Part shown: positions 17,933 through 28,462 of the stretch, piece after piece
Position numbering within the stretch: the stretch's first letter is position 1
Layout of the letters: each line of letters opens with the position of its first letter
Virus record (IMG/VR): IMGVR_UViG_3300047386_000382
Length of the DNA stretch: 64,000 bases
From: an uncultured virus (IMG/VR IMGVR_UViG_3300047386_000382)
Lineage: Duplodnaviria > Heunggongvirae > Uroviricota > Caudoviricetes
Strand: one strand, 5' to 3'
Translations under genes and position numbers: made by a program
Notes under the pieces: model-generated
The model's input: the letters and a program-made list of their open reading frames with translations, nothing else
Databases searched by the model: none
Told to the model about the DNA's origin: nothing

Positions 17933-20900
17933 TTATTTATTTTCTTCTAAGTAATCTAATAAACGTTTGCCTTTGTTTTCTGGCTTTGATTTCCAATTAG
18001 CATAGGCATTTATTTCTTCTTGGCTCATTGTTGTTATAGCGGCTATTTCTTTTTGGCGTTTAGCTGCTGACTGCTCTTTTCTTTTTCGAGTGGCTTCTAA
18101 AGCTCTTGTTTCTTTAGCGGTAGTATTGATTAGCTCATGCTCTTCAATCTCAGCACCCACTTCCCATGATTTCCACCCGAGGGCCATTGCTATTCTTTGC
18201 ATATCTGAATTACGAGAATCAAGTGCTTCTGTAACTGCATCAATTTCTGCTACAGCTCTGTCAAGTGGCAGATTTGTTGTAGCTGACGCTAAGTTACCTA
18301 ATACTTGATATGCAGGGCTTAATTGAAATTTACCGTCTATCATTACACCAAAGCCTCTTGCTTCAAGTACATCTCTTTCATAATCCATAGCTTCTAATGA
18401 ATTATAAAACTTACGAGCTTTAGACCCAATTGGAGGTGATATGTTTATTGCCTGCAATAATATTTTAGCATTGTCTTTTTGGAACGGATCTTTTTCTTGC
18501 TGACGCATATATTCAATAAGCACATTTTTAATCGTAGATGCAACTGCACCGTATAGCCCCGATCCTCTGAGCGTTGTATCAAGCATACTGTTCAACACAT
18601 TTTGAACCTTTTGCTCTTCTTTTCTTTCGATTTTTTCAAGCTCTTCGGCAGTTAGGTTTTCTTCATCTTCATCATCAAATCCTGGTAGCAATGTAAACAA
18701 TCCATTTTGTAATGTAGAAAAGATTAAGTTTTGAATAGCCGTATAATATGTAATACGACTTAAATATGTCATATCACTTTGAAATTGGTTTTTACCTTTA
18801 ATACGTCTTCTATTAATTATATCTTGAAAATCGCGCTTTTGAAAACGGGTAATCTGCATCGGTGTGTTTTGGAAAGCCAATATAAGTCTTCCCATAGTGC
18901 CTGCTTGCTGTTTTGAAATAAGCATTGGATCTCCAGACTGCTGTGTTTCGTCTGATATATTTGAAAAATCTTCCCACGCTTTTGCTTCTGCCTCAGCATC
19001 ATCAAAACCTTTTTTCTTATATGTATTAATTCTATTTCGGTAAAACGCCGCTCCACCTGTTGCAATTGCAAAGCTATCCGCTATTTTAGTAGGTGTAAAA
19101 CCTATTTTAAGTAAATAGCTAATCATTGCTAAAGGTTTGTTCTTAGCGTTCTTAGCTGCCGCTGCAATCTCTGCTTCTTGTACATCGCTTTTTAATCCGC
19201 CTCTACGTTCTTTAAGCTTTGGTGAATTAAATATAGTTGTCCAATCTTTCATGTATTGCGGAAAGTTCGCAAACGCTCCTGCTGCTCTTAATGGGTGATT
19301 ATCTGTATAATTTAAAAAGTTTGCAGTAGATAGTAACTGTAAGGTGGCGGATCGTCTGTTAAAGAACATAATAGCACCTACAGAATTGTTTACCCAGTTG
19401 TTCCATTTGTTTACAATAGAATCGCCGCCAGATGGTTTATTGCTACCCGTTCGCATTCTATAAAGAATATCTTCAAAAGATTGCCTTGCGCTTTTGCCGA
19501 GTGTTGCTTCTAATTTGTTCAAGTTATCATTTGAAAATATTTGTTTAGTATTTTCAATAAACCCTTTTAAATAAAACTTCCTATTTACGTTTAGCGCAAT
19601 ATCAGTAAGATCAGACAAAGTCGTTTGAGCATCCCAATATTCAGTAGGATCTGACCAGCTATCTTGCTTACTAATCGCTAGTAAACCATTTGCATATGCT
19701 TGCAGTATAGGTGTTTTATAAATGTACTCAACCGCTTTCTTTTGATCTGCTTCTGTAAGCTCAGGAATTGTTTTATCAGATTGTGTCCATAAATATATGC
19801 GTACAGCTTGATCCACACTTATATCCATTCCAGGTACTTTTTGATTCATGCTTTTAATACCTGCCGCTTTTAAATCTGGTCTAAATATTTTACGCAAAGC
19901 TTTAAAGTCATTCATTATAGCTTGCTTAGCCTTTTCCATAGCAGCTATACCTCTAGTGTATGGTGCAACTACGTGATCTTTAAAAAATTCTTTATCAGCT
20001 TCGCCTTGTCTGCCGCTACCAAGAAGCGAATAATACAAACCTCTTAAATCTTCAGCAGATGGCGGCAAAAATAATTTGAACATACCTTTGTCAGCACCTA
20101 TCCTACGCGCTACGACTCCTGATAACTTTTTACGTGCTGGAATACCTGAAGCACGTTCTATCATTTTATTAAACTCCGAGTTAAGGTTTACTTTTTTCTT
20201 TTTGCTTCTAGCTATCATACCCGGGACCTTAGCTAATACCTTTTTCTTTTGAGCATCTGTAAGCACGCTAAATGAATCGGTTGTTCCAGCCATAACCGCA
20301 TCACTCATAGCCTGCTTAGGGAACATCTGTCTCGCTATGACTTGGCGCATGTCAAATGTATCTTTTTTATCTAATTCACCTTTTGTAAGTGATATTAAAT
20401 AATTCTGCTGTTCTTCATATTGTTTCTTAAGTATATCAGAAACAGGTTTGCCTTTTGAAGCCGCTATAGTACCTTTGTTTATAGATTCAAATAGATTCTT
20501 CATTGAGCTCGTGCTATACACGCTGCTTGTTGAAGTTTTTGCTAAGTCAGAAGCCGTCTGAGTTGTAAGCGAAGGGTATGCTACCCTTGAAACACTAACA
20601 GTGCCATCGCTTCTAAAGTTGGGTTTAAATTTAACATTAATATCAACTTCACCTAAAAATGGTGGCAAGTTAAGTCCCATAGGATTTGAATCTAAAGAAA
20701 AATTACCTATATCTGTAAAACCTATATAGTGCGTATTTTTTTCTTTATACAATTGAGAAACAACATCAGTTGGTAATGTTAATTTAGTTGTTGCATTTTT
20801 TTGAAAGCCAAGTCTCTGTAAAGCATAATATACATTTTTAGGCATAATCCAGTTTTTACCATCAAATGTTATTTTATCAGAGTACTTACCATTTGTTAGC

Positions 20901-23900
20901 TGATCTATATATTTTTTTAAACCTTTGTTATTTTTTTCAGCTTCTAATATTTGATCTTTATATTCTTGTTTAACATTCCTAGAAATACCAGGCGAGTCGG
21001 TGCTCCAATTAGAAATGTACATTTGGCTTAGCCTAGCGTTTTTACCTTTTTTAATTTCCCAATTTATAGGTACGCCTTCATATTCAAAAATTACATCTGG
21101 AGAAGATGGATCACCTACAGGTTCTGTTTGTGTTATTTTTAAATTGTCAACTATTTTTTGCAATTTATTAAATACATCAATTGCTTTTTGCTCTGCAACA
21201 TACCAACCACCTTCGTCAATTTCTTCCATTACATCTAAAAATGGACCAATTTCATTATGATATAATATTTCATATTCTCTTGCAGAAAGAAGACCTTTAA
21301 TTTCTTGTAACGCCTCAGCTCTTTCGGTGTTTGTAGCTCTAGTCATTGCTTCAATTGCAGACCCAACAGCCATTCCAGCGCTTCTTGCAATTAAACCACG
21401 CTCTGTTTGTTCTATGATTTCATTTCTAAAATTATCTGAAAGCACAGCACCGCGTAAATCTTGATTTTGTTCAAACGCTTTTGAAATATCAGATTCTGCA
21501 TTTAGCATTTCTTCTCTAAATATTTGCCCGCCTAGTCTACCAGCTAATTCTTGTGATAATGATTCTTTTCTGCCACGTATAGGTGTGCCGTCTGCGGTTG
21601 TAACAAAGTCTGCAAAAGCATTGTCGCTTATTTTTGCTGGGTTAACTTTTCTTACAATTTCATTACCTGATGTTTGCCCTCTTTCAACAGTTTTTTCACG
21701 ATCAATTTTTTGCCCCACCCATTCAGGATAAGGTACAAAATTAGGCTTAAACTCTTGTACTTTAACAATTTTACCTCCAACATTTATTTCAATAGTTTTA
21801 CCGGTATATTTTCCACCAACAGATTTTTCAATAGCAATTGGTATACCGCCTTTAACAGTTGTACCACTGTCTTTTCCCATTAACCACGTAGCAGAAGCGT
21901 TATTAATTATGTCTGCTTTATTATCAATGGTCCATTTGCGTAATTTTAAATCCGCTTTACCACCAATTTGCTTTTTAATATCAATATCAATAGATTTTGC
22001 TGCAGATTGTATAATCTCTTTAACAACCGGCACGGTATTTACATTTTTAGATACAGCTGCGCCTAATTTGTTTTTAAGCGTCCTAACGATACTTAATACT
22101 TTATCCTTAGCTTTCTGCACTGTTGTAGGCTCTATAGCATTAGAGGTTGTTAAATTAAACGTAGCAGCTACTTCAGCCTCCTCTTTAGCTTCTCTTTGTT
22201 CTCTTTCTTCTATAGACACCTCGTCAGCCGCTATTTCAGCAACAGAGCCTAGCTCCCCAGCTTGAATGTCAAGTGATTTTGCAGTATCAGTAACTGTTTC
22301 TTTAAATTTTTTAGCTTGATCAAGAACCGCTGATTTTACAATACCTTTTGGGCCTAGTAAATAGCCAAATACAGTATTTTTATCAGGGTCGTAATTTTTA
22401 ATTAATCTAATCCCAATATTTTCTTTAATGGCTTCAACATCTAATCTATCTGTTGGTATACCTGCAGCTTTTGCCGCGTTGATTATACTACCGTCAAGTG
22501 CTTTTGTATTTGTTACTGTAAAGTAAGCTTCCGTGCTGTCCATATCCTCTGGAAACACATCACTTAATTCTTTTTTAGTGGAGGCTGCGCGTTTAAGTCT
22601 TGTCTGATTTTGTTTAGTTGGCAATACAATAGCTTTATCTTTTATTCGTTTTATAAGCTCACTGCCTTTTGCTTTTTTAATATCCGCTGTTGTTAAACTG
22701 CCATCAGCAATCTTTTTGCCAATACCAACAACAAAGTTAAACATATCAGTTTCCCCTGCAAAATTAAAGTCATACTCATTGCCAAATTTCTTTTGAACTA
22801 TTGTTCCAAACAATCCTGACATTGCTTTTTTTGCATTGTTATTTCTAAAGTTTACATCGCCTGCAGCTACGCTTTCTAAGAATCTTGCAACAACCTCAAT
22901 ACCATCTATTTCGCCTTCTTCAGTTTTTTCTTTTAAAAGTTCTTTATGTATTGAGGGGCTTAATACTTTAGTTGTTTCTAATAGTTGCCTTCCAATTTCA
23001 TCAAAAACAGCGTTGTTGTCGCCTAAAATATCCCAAAATACTTGATGGCCAACCTCGTGTGTGCGAATAAATTTACGTTGATTTCTAACTTGGTTTTCTA
23101 TAACTGCATATGTAATTTTGCGCCCGTCTTTATATCGTATTGCACGGCCATCATCACCTAATTTAAGATTTGCTATTGCCTCTTTTTTGTCTATATCACT
23201 AATTTTATTATCCGCTTCAATAGAAGCAATTGCTTCATTAACAGTATTGAATGATTTAAAATTAGCACCTAAATTTTTGCTAGCTTTATTGTTTTCAGCT
23301 ACAATTTGATCTTGAAAATATAGCTCTAAAGCTTTTGATTGTATTTTCTCTTCTGAAGGGGTAGTCTTATCAGCCGACAGCAATGCTTGTGCATCATTTA
23401 AGTACTGATTATATTGCGCTTCATTAGAGCCTTTCAAAAGTAAAAACTCAGTAAATTTATTTACTTTAGCACTATCTTTTAAAGCTGTTTCTTTTGAAGA
23501 CTGTAGATAATCTGTTTCAGCTTGCAACTGTTGTAATCTTGCTGCTTTTTGTGATTCTGTAAGTGAGTTATCCGCTAGTATAGCTTTTGCTTCTAATTGT
23601 ATTTTTGCCTGCCTATTTGTAATATCAATTACATATTGCCCAGCTCTTGCTGTAATATGCTCATTAATATTTTTTTCTTGCAATTGTATTTCATTTGCAG
23701 CATCAACACTTAATTTTTTAATTTGTTCTTCTATTCTAGCTCTTTCGCCTTCGTTTTTAGCATTATTGTACTCTAAGCTAAGCCCGTTTATTTCTGCTTG
23801 TATTTCGCGTACTTTTTTAAGCTTTGAATAATCAGAGTATCTAGACAGGTGCAATCCACGCATAAATGGTATGCCTGAAAACAAAAGACCAAACCCAGCG

Positions 23901-26140
23901 CCTGAAAACCCAGCGTGATCCATGCCTTCCACAAATGGATTTCCTAGCAAAAGATTTTGTGTGCCTACTGTAGCAACTTCACCAATAGACTCTAATAGCG
24001 TATCAGAAATAACTCCTTTGTAGCCTGATTTTGCATATGCAGCAGTACTATTATCAATTATTGAATTAGCTTTTGGATTGCCTCTTAAAAGCGTGCTTTT
24101 AGCTCTATTTAATATTGGTATCGTTGTTAACTGAGCGAATGTAGCTTCAGCAACACCAAAGCCTAAACTTTTAAGCCATACTTCTGAATTGGTATATTCA
24201 GCAGTGCCGTTTGCAATTTCAGTTTGCATATCCATCATCTGCTTACCTGCAGAAGAAGAACCTATAACATAAGCTGCTGCTCCGCCTGAAGCCATAATTG
24301 AAGCAATAATAGGTAGTTGATTAGACACTTCTTGCAATGCAAATTTTCCAAAATTACCTTCTTTAAATGCGTCGTCAAATGCTACATCTCTAACGTAACT
24401 TTCTCTAATGTCATTTGTTACCTCATTATATTTAACAGCAAATGAATCTAAAGCTTCATTCATAGGCTTATATCCGCCTACTAAATATGCAGGTAAAGAT
24501 AAAACTTTACCGCCTAAATATGTTATTCCAACTCCAATATCACCAACACCTACTCCTATTGATGTCATGGCTTTTTCACCAAGATCATAATCCCTTCGTG
24601 TAGCGTCTAAAGCGGCTTCAATATTACTAATATCACCTATAGCTTTATTTATTTCTTCCTGAGACTGCAAATAAAGTATTTCATCTGCTTGCGCTTTTGC
24701 TTGAAATTTTAAAGCACCATCTACAAAAGCTTCGCTAACTACAGAGCCGCTTGGCAAAACAACTTTTTTTGTTAGATCTGTATTAACATCAATATCTAAT
24801 TTTTTTAATACATTAACAAACTTGTCAGTTTCTTGCTGCGTTACATCTTCGCCTTGTATTATTTTAGAAAAAATATTTGTTGCTTCTTTTTCTAACGCAA
24901 TTCTGTCTAAAGATGTTTGTGCTTTAAAGTTAGCGCTTAAATACCCAGTATTTAAAAAGGCTTGCAAGTTTGCTCTTATGTCTCTTTTACCAATGTCAGC
25001 AATCTTATCTTGTATTTGCTCGCTTTGATAATTAAAAACATATTCATTTTTTAACTCTGCTCTAACTTGAGCTTCAGCTTCAGCTTTTAATTGCTCTTCT
25101 GTTTTTTCAGGCGAAATCTTTTTTAGTTTATTATATGCATTTTTTAAACGCGCTTCGTATGGCCTAACTTCTGTTTCGTACCCACCACCTGTTGGGACAC
25201 CACCTACAAAAGATGTAGCTTCAACTTTTTTAGTATAAGGCTTAAATAAATCTTCATTATCAAAATTCTGATAATCTGTAGATTGTTTTGCCTCATCTGC
25301 TAATGGCTGCAAAATATCCAAAGCTTCTGTTTCTGCAATTTCTATACGCTCTTTTGTACGTTTTACTTCTTCTGGCTTGTATGTTTCTGATAAAAACTTT
25401 TTTAAGCTTTTTATGTTATCAGTATAAAATGTATTTTTGAGCCCAGGCGTTGTAATATCGGTAAAAAGTTTAATTTCTTTTCCGTCTTTTTTAGCTTTTA
25501 TTACACGTCTTCCTGCTACCGCAGTAGACCCTGTTCTTACTGTAGACAAAAACTCAACATCTGGAAACTGTATTTTTAAATCTGCTTGAATTTGATCAGG
25601 GCTTCTTGAAAAGAAATTTATATCGGCTTCTATAACTTCTGTTAAATATTCACCCGGGTCTACTGTTTTTTTTGCATCGCCCTCTACAACAACTTCCTCT
25701 AGCTGTTTAGGTGGAGTTACAATTTTTGCTTTACCCCTAAATTTTTTTATATAGTCTTCAACGTTGCCATATTCTTTTTCAACGTCTTCATATGAGCTGT
25801 ATGTTTTTTCGCCGTTTATATTAAACTCAATATACCTAGGATCTGGTGAATCCAAAGAAATATCTTCCGAAACTAAATCCGTATCTGGCTGCTCCGCCGT
25901 TACTTCCGGTCCTACAGCTGCAGCCTCCTCCACAGGACCTATTGTCTTTTTTACACTCTGCAAAAAAGGGTCTTCAAATTCTTCTTGATCTTGAACATCT
26001 GGTTCAGTAGCAATATCCTCAATAACTTGTATTTCAGGATTAGCAGCTAAATATTCTTCTACAGACATATTTTTAGCAGCAGCTGCCTCTTGAATTTCTT
26101 CCAGAGTATATTCAGATCCTTCAAAAATATATTTTGACAT
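17933..26140 (-). CDS. Giant virion/ejection polyvalent protein (zincin HEVGH and PD-(D/E)XK-like domains)
   Basis: 2735 aa; follows two ejection-type genes; motifs at about 23045-23059 and 21045-21105. Confidence 0.8.
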   Translation of the reverse strand: MSKYIFEGSEYTLEEIQEAAAAKNMSVEEYLAANPEIQVIEDIATEPDVQDQEEFEDPFLQSVKKTIGPVEEAAAVGPEVTAEQPDTDLVSEDISLDSPDPRYIEFNINGEKTYSSYEDVEKEYGNVEDYIKKFRGKAKIVTPPKQLEEVVVEGDAKKTVDPGEYLTEVIEADINFFSRSPDQIQADLKIQFPDVEFLSTVRTGSTAVAGRRVIKAKKDGKEIKLFTDITTPGLKNTFYTDNIKSLKKFLSETYKPEEVKRTKERIEIAETEALDILQPLADEAKQSTDYQNFDNEDLFKPYTKKVEATSFVGGVPTGGGYETEVRPYEARLKNAYNKLKKISPEKTEEQLKAEAEAQVRAELKNEYVFNYQSEQIQDKIADIGKRDIRANLQAFLNTGYLSANFKAQTSLDRIALEKEATNIFSKIIQGEDVTQQETDKFVNVLKKLDIDVNTDLTKKVVLPSGSVVSEAFVDGALKFQAKAQADEILYLQSQEEINKAIGDISNIEAALDATRRDYDLGEKAMTSIGVGVGDIGVGITYLGGKVLSLPAYLVGGYKPMNEALDSFAVKYNEVTNDIRESYVRDVAFDDAFKEGNFGKFALQEVSNQLPIIASIMASGGAAAYVIGSSSAGKQMMDMQTEIANGTAEYTNSEVWLKSLGFGVAEATFAQLTTIPILNRAKSTLLRGNPKANSIIDNSTAAYAKSGYKGVISDTLLESIGEVATVGTQNLLLGNPFVEGMDHAGFSGAGFGLLFSGIPFMRGLHLSRYSDYSKLKKVREIQAEINGLSLEYNNAKNEGERARIEEQIKKLSVDAANEIQLQEKNINEHITARAGQYVIDITNRQAKIQLEAKAILADNSLTESQKAARLQQLQAETDYLQSSKETALKDSAKVNKFTEFLLLKGSNEAQYNQYLNDAQALLSADKTTPSEEKIQSKALELYFQDQIVAENNKASKNLGANFKSFNTVNEAIASIEADNKISDIDKKEAIANLKLGDDGRAIRYKDGRKITYAVIENQVRNQRKFIRTHEVGHQVFWDILGDNNAVFDEIGRQLLETTKVLSPSIHKELLKEKTEEGEIDGIEVVARFLESVAAGDVNFRNNNAKKAMSGLFGTIVQKKFGNEYDFNFAGETDMFNFVVGIGKKIADGSLTTADIKKAKGSELIKRIKDKAIVLPTKQNQTRLKRAASTKKELSDVFPEDMDSTEAYFTVTNTKALDGSIINAAKAAGIPTDRLDVEAIKENIGIRLIKNYDPDKNTVFGYLLGPKGIVKSAVLDQAKKFKETVTDTAKSLDIQAGELGSVAEIAADEVSIEEREQREAKEEAEVAATFNLTTSNAIEPTTVQKAKDKVLSIVRTLKNKLGAAVSKNVNTVPVVKEIIQSAAKSIDIDIKKQIGGKADLKLRKWTIDNKADIINNASATWLMGKDSGTTVKGGIPIAIEKSVGGKYTGKTIEINVGGKIVKVQEFKPNFVPYPEWVGQKIDREKTVERGQTSGNEIVRKVNPAKISDNAFADFVTTADGTPIRGRKESLSQELAGRLGGQIFREEMLNAESDISKAFEQNQDLRGAVLSDNFRNEIIEQTERGLIARSAGMAVGSAIEAMTRATNTERAEALQEIKGLLSAREYEILYHNEIGPFLDVMEEIDEGGWYVAEQKAIDVFNKLQKIVDNLKITQTEPVGDPSSPDVIFEYEGVPINWEIKKGKNARLSQMYISNWSTDSPGISRNVKQEYKDQILEAEKNNKGLKKYIDQLTNGKYSDKITFDGKNWIMPKNVYYALQRLGFQKNATTKLTLPTDVVSQLYKEKNTHYIGFTDIGNFSLDSNPMGLNLPPFLGEVDINVKFKPNFRSDGTVSVSRVAYPSLTTQTASDLAKTSTSSVYSTSSMKNLFESINKGTIAASKGKPVSDILKKQYEEQQNYLISLTKGELDKKDTFDMRQVIARQMFPKQAMSDAVMAGTTDSFSVLTDAQKKKVLAKVPGMIARSKKKKVNLNSEFNKMIERASGIPARKKLSGVVARRIGADKGMFKLFLPPSAEDLRGLYYSLLGSGRQGEADKEFFKDHVVAPYTRGIAAMEKAKQAIMNDFKALRKIFRPDLKAAGIKSMNQKVPGMDISVDQAVRIYLWTQSDKTIPELTEADQKKAVEYIYKTPILQAYANGLLAISKQDSWSDPTEYWDAQTTLSDLTDIALNVNRKFYLKGFIENTKQIFSNDNLNKLEATLGKSARQSFEDILYRMRTGSNKPSGGDSIVNKWNNWVNNSVGAIMFFNRRSATLQLLSTANFLNYTDNHPLRAAGAFANFPQYMKDWTTIFNSPKLKERRGGLKSDVQEAEIAAAAKNAKNKPLAMISYLLKIGFTPTKIADSFAIATGGAAFYRNRINTYKKKGFDDAEAEAKAWEDFSNISDETQQSGDPMLISKQQAGTMGRLILAFQNTPMQITRFQKRDFQDIINRRRIKGKNQFQSDMTYLSRITYYTAIQNLIFSTLQNGLFTLLPGFDDEDEENLTAEELEKIERKEEQKVQNVLNSMLDTTLRGSGLYGAVASTIKNVLIEYMRQQEKDPFQKDNAKILLQAINISPPIGSKARKFYNSLEAMDYERDVLEARGFGVMIDGKFQLSPAYQVLGNLASATTNLPLDRAVAEIDAVTEALDSRNSDMQRIAMALGWKSWEVGAEIEEHELINTTAKETRALEATRKRKEQSAAKRQKEIAAITTMSQEEINAYANWKSKPENKGKRLLDYLEENK

Positions 26141-26154
26141 ATTATTTTATTTTA

Positions 26155-27609
26155 TTATGGTAAATTTTTTTTGGGCTTAGGTGATAATTTTTTTTCAACA
26201 GCAGCTCTATCTATTCCAGTGATAAAATTTAAAATATCTTCTATGCTTTTTGTGCTGCCAATCTCCACTCTGTTAACAAGCTGCGTGCCCCTTTGTTCTA
26301 TAATATATTGTTCTCCTTTTTTCTCAGCATATATATTTGTACCTATTTTTATTTTGCCGCCTTCAGTTTCAAGTTTGTTTAACCCGTCTATTATATTTTT
26401 TTCGGCAGTGGTTAGAGCTTTTCCTTTTGAATCAATTGAATAGTCTAGCGACACCGGGAAGTTTGCATTTGTTACAAATGTTTGAGCAGCTAAGAATATT
26501 TGTTTTTGTTCGTCAGACAAAGGTGCGCCATCTTCAGTGTTTAATGTCTCAGGAGTGATTGTGATTGTTTTTTCTTTACCTTCATGCATGTAAGTAATAG
26601 TTTCTCCCGATGTATCAACTAAGAGTTGATTAGTAAACTGTGATTGCATATCACGATCACTCATACCCTGTATAGATGCCTGTACTTGTGCAGCAGTAGC
26701 CGTTCTTAAGCCCTCTACGTCATAAGAGTCAGCAACTTCTCTTCTTACAGTGCCATCCTCTTCTGTAACATATCTATATGTTTTTTTAACTTCTTTTTGG
26801 CCTTGTTCGTTTTCCTCATATTGAAGATACTTATCAGACATTTTATAGCCAGTATTTGTTTTAACATACACTGGATTTTCACCGTCCGTTAAAGCAGTAT
26901 CAATTTTTTTAGTTGTTTCAGGAACTTTATAAGCTGACGGGTTTTGTGTAACATTCCATTCAAATGCTTCTTCGCCTTCAGGGTAGAATTTTAATATTAC
27001 ATCTCCTTGTGAATTTTTAGTCTGTTCGAAAGGTTTTTCTGCAGGCTTTTGACCGTTAAGTATAGATGCAGCTTTAAAATATACATCGTTACCACTATTT
27101 TTACTTTTATCAACAGTGCCAGGGCCACCCATTAATAGACCCTCGCCACTTTGTATTTGCGCTTCACCAACTTCTGCCATAGTTGTGTCTACATCTTGTA
27201 TGGCACCTAAAAAGTTGTCGTTTAAAGCTCTTAATTGTTGCTCTTCTTTAATATTAGCTTCTAGCTCTGCTTTTTGCTCTTCATTTCTAGGTATAAATAC
27301 CTTGTTTAATTCTTCGAGCTCATATTGGCGTGCTAAATTACCACGTACCATTTTAACCATTGCATCGCCTGGATCACCAAACTTTTCAAAATAATCATTT
27401 ACAGCTTTATCTGCTTTTCTAGTTCCAGACGCGGTAGCTTTAGTATAGGTAGCGTCGTCAAGAAGCGCTTGATCTGCCAGCTCTTTTTCTTTTTTAGCGC
27501 GCTCTAAAACAGCTGTGTTAAGGCTTGTAGCAAAAGACTCAAACCCTTTAGCAAGTATAAGTGCACTCTTGTCATCTACGACAGTTTGCGGATTTTCGTA
27601 TGCTCCCAT
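26155..27609 (-). CDS. Putative internal virion/ejection protein
   Basis: Position between the pilot-like and giant genes. Confidence 0.65.
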   Translation of the reverse strand: MGAYENPQTVVDDKSALILAKGFESFATSLNTAVLERAKKEKELADQALLDDATYTKATASGTRKADKAVNDYFEKFGDPGDAMVKMVRGNLARQYELEELNKVFIPRNEEQKAELEANIKEEQQLRALNDNFLGAIQDVDTTMAEVGEAQIQSGEGLLMGGPGTVDKSKNSGNDVYFKAASILNGQKPAEKPFEQTKNSQGDVILKFYPEGEEAFEWNVTQNPSAYKVPETTKKIDTALTDGENPVYVKTNTGYKMSDKYLQYEENEQGQKEVKKTYRYVTEEDGTVRREVADSYDVEGLRTATAAQVQASIQGMSDRDMQSQFTNQLLVDTSGETITYMHEGKEKTITITPETLNTEDGAPLSDEQKQIFLAAQTFVTNANFPVSLDYSIDSKGKALTTAEKNIIDGLNKLETEGGKIKIGTNIYAEKKGEQYIIEQRGTQLVNRVEIGSTKSIEDILNFITGIDRAAVEKKLSPKPKKNLP

Positions 27610-27705
27610 TTATTTTTTTGTTTTACAATTTAACTTCTGCCCCACCAAAAATATTCATTAATTCTGATCTTGTATATGTTGGTGTAGGGCTTATTGACGT
27701 TGCCG

Positions 27706-28458
27706 TTACTCCTTTTTGAACGCTCCTCCAGTTAGCCCAGCACTAAAAGCACTTCCAATTCCAGATATAGCTCCAGAAATAGCAGAAGCTTTTGCTTGTT
27801 GTGCGGCTACCTCCTGTCCTTTTGCTCCTGTAATTTGCGCAGATAATCTGTTTAATTTTGCGACCTCTCTGTTTTCTTGTTGCTCGAACACAAATTCTTT
27901 ACCGGCAGCTTCAGCCTGTTGTACTCTTTGTTTTTCAGAAAGCCTTGCCTGTTGCTCAAACTGTTCTTTTTTAAATTCACCCTCAGCTTTTAATTGCTCG
28001 TTTTTAGCCTCTTGTTGTTCAATGCTTGCTGCAATACCTTTTTTACTTTTAAGAGCCGCCTGGGCAAGCGCAGTAGCCCCGCCGGCACTCGCACCAGTTG
28101 ATCGTATTGTGTCCAACGTGTTAGCAAGAGCAATATCAGCTTCTTCAGCTTGCATAGTAGCAGCATTTGTAGCAACGCCAATATTTTCAAACGGGTTAGT
28201 CATAGAAACAGGTATTTCTTTAACGCCCTCGTAAGGGTTAACAATTGCTTGTCTATTGTTTTCAGCTTTTCTAAGCTCCCCTTCTAACCTAAGTCTTTCT
28301 TTTCTTGCTGCTCTTTCACGCTTTTTAGCTTTTGAAGACCCAAATATACCGCCTAATAAACTAGCCCCAGCACTAATGCCTACTGCCACAAGGGGTGCAA
28401 TTCCGTATGTTAAATTATAATCTGGATTACCGAAAAAAAGTTCTAATATTTGTTCCAT
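27706..28458 (-). CDS. Putative DNA ejection (pilot-like) protein
   Basis: Gly/Ala-rich hydrophobic ends with a central Q/E/A coiled coil. Confidence 0.7.
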   Translation of the reverse strand: MEQILELFFGNPDYNLTYGIAPLVAVGISAGASLLGGIFGSSKAKKRERAARKERLRLEGELRKAENNRQAIVNPYEGVKEIPVSMTNPFENIGVATNAATMQAEEADIALANTLDTIRSTGASAGGATALAQAALKSKKGIAASIEQQEAKNEQLKAEGEFKKEQFEQQARLSEKQRVQQAEAAGKEFVFEQQENREVAKLNRLSAQITGAKGQEVAAQQAKASAISGAISGIGSAFSAGLTGGAFKKE

Positions 28459-28462
28459 AATT

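Noticed and set aside
17933..26140. crAss- or N4-type virion RNA polymerase
   Set aside because: No DxDxD catalytic motif or T7-like RNAP motifs were seen in the translation. A very divergent enzyme cannot be excluded without profile searches.
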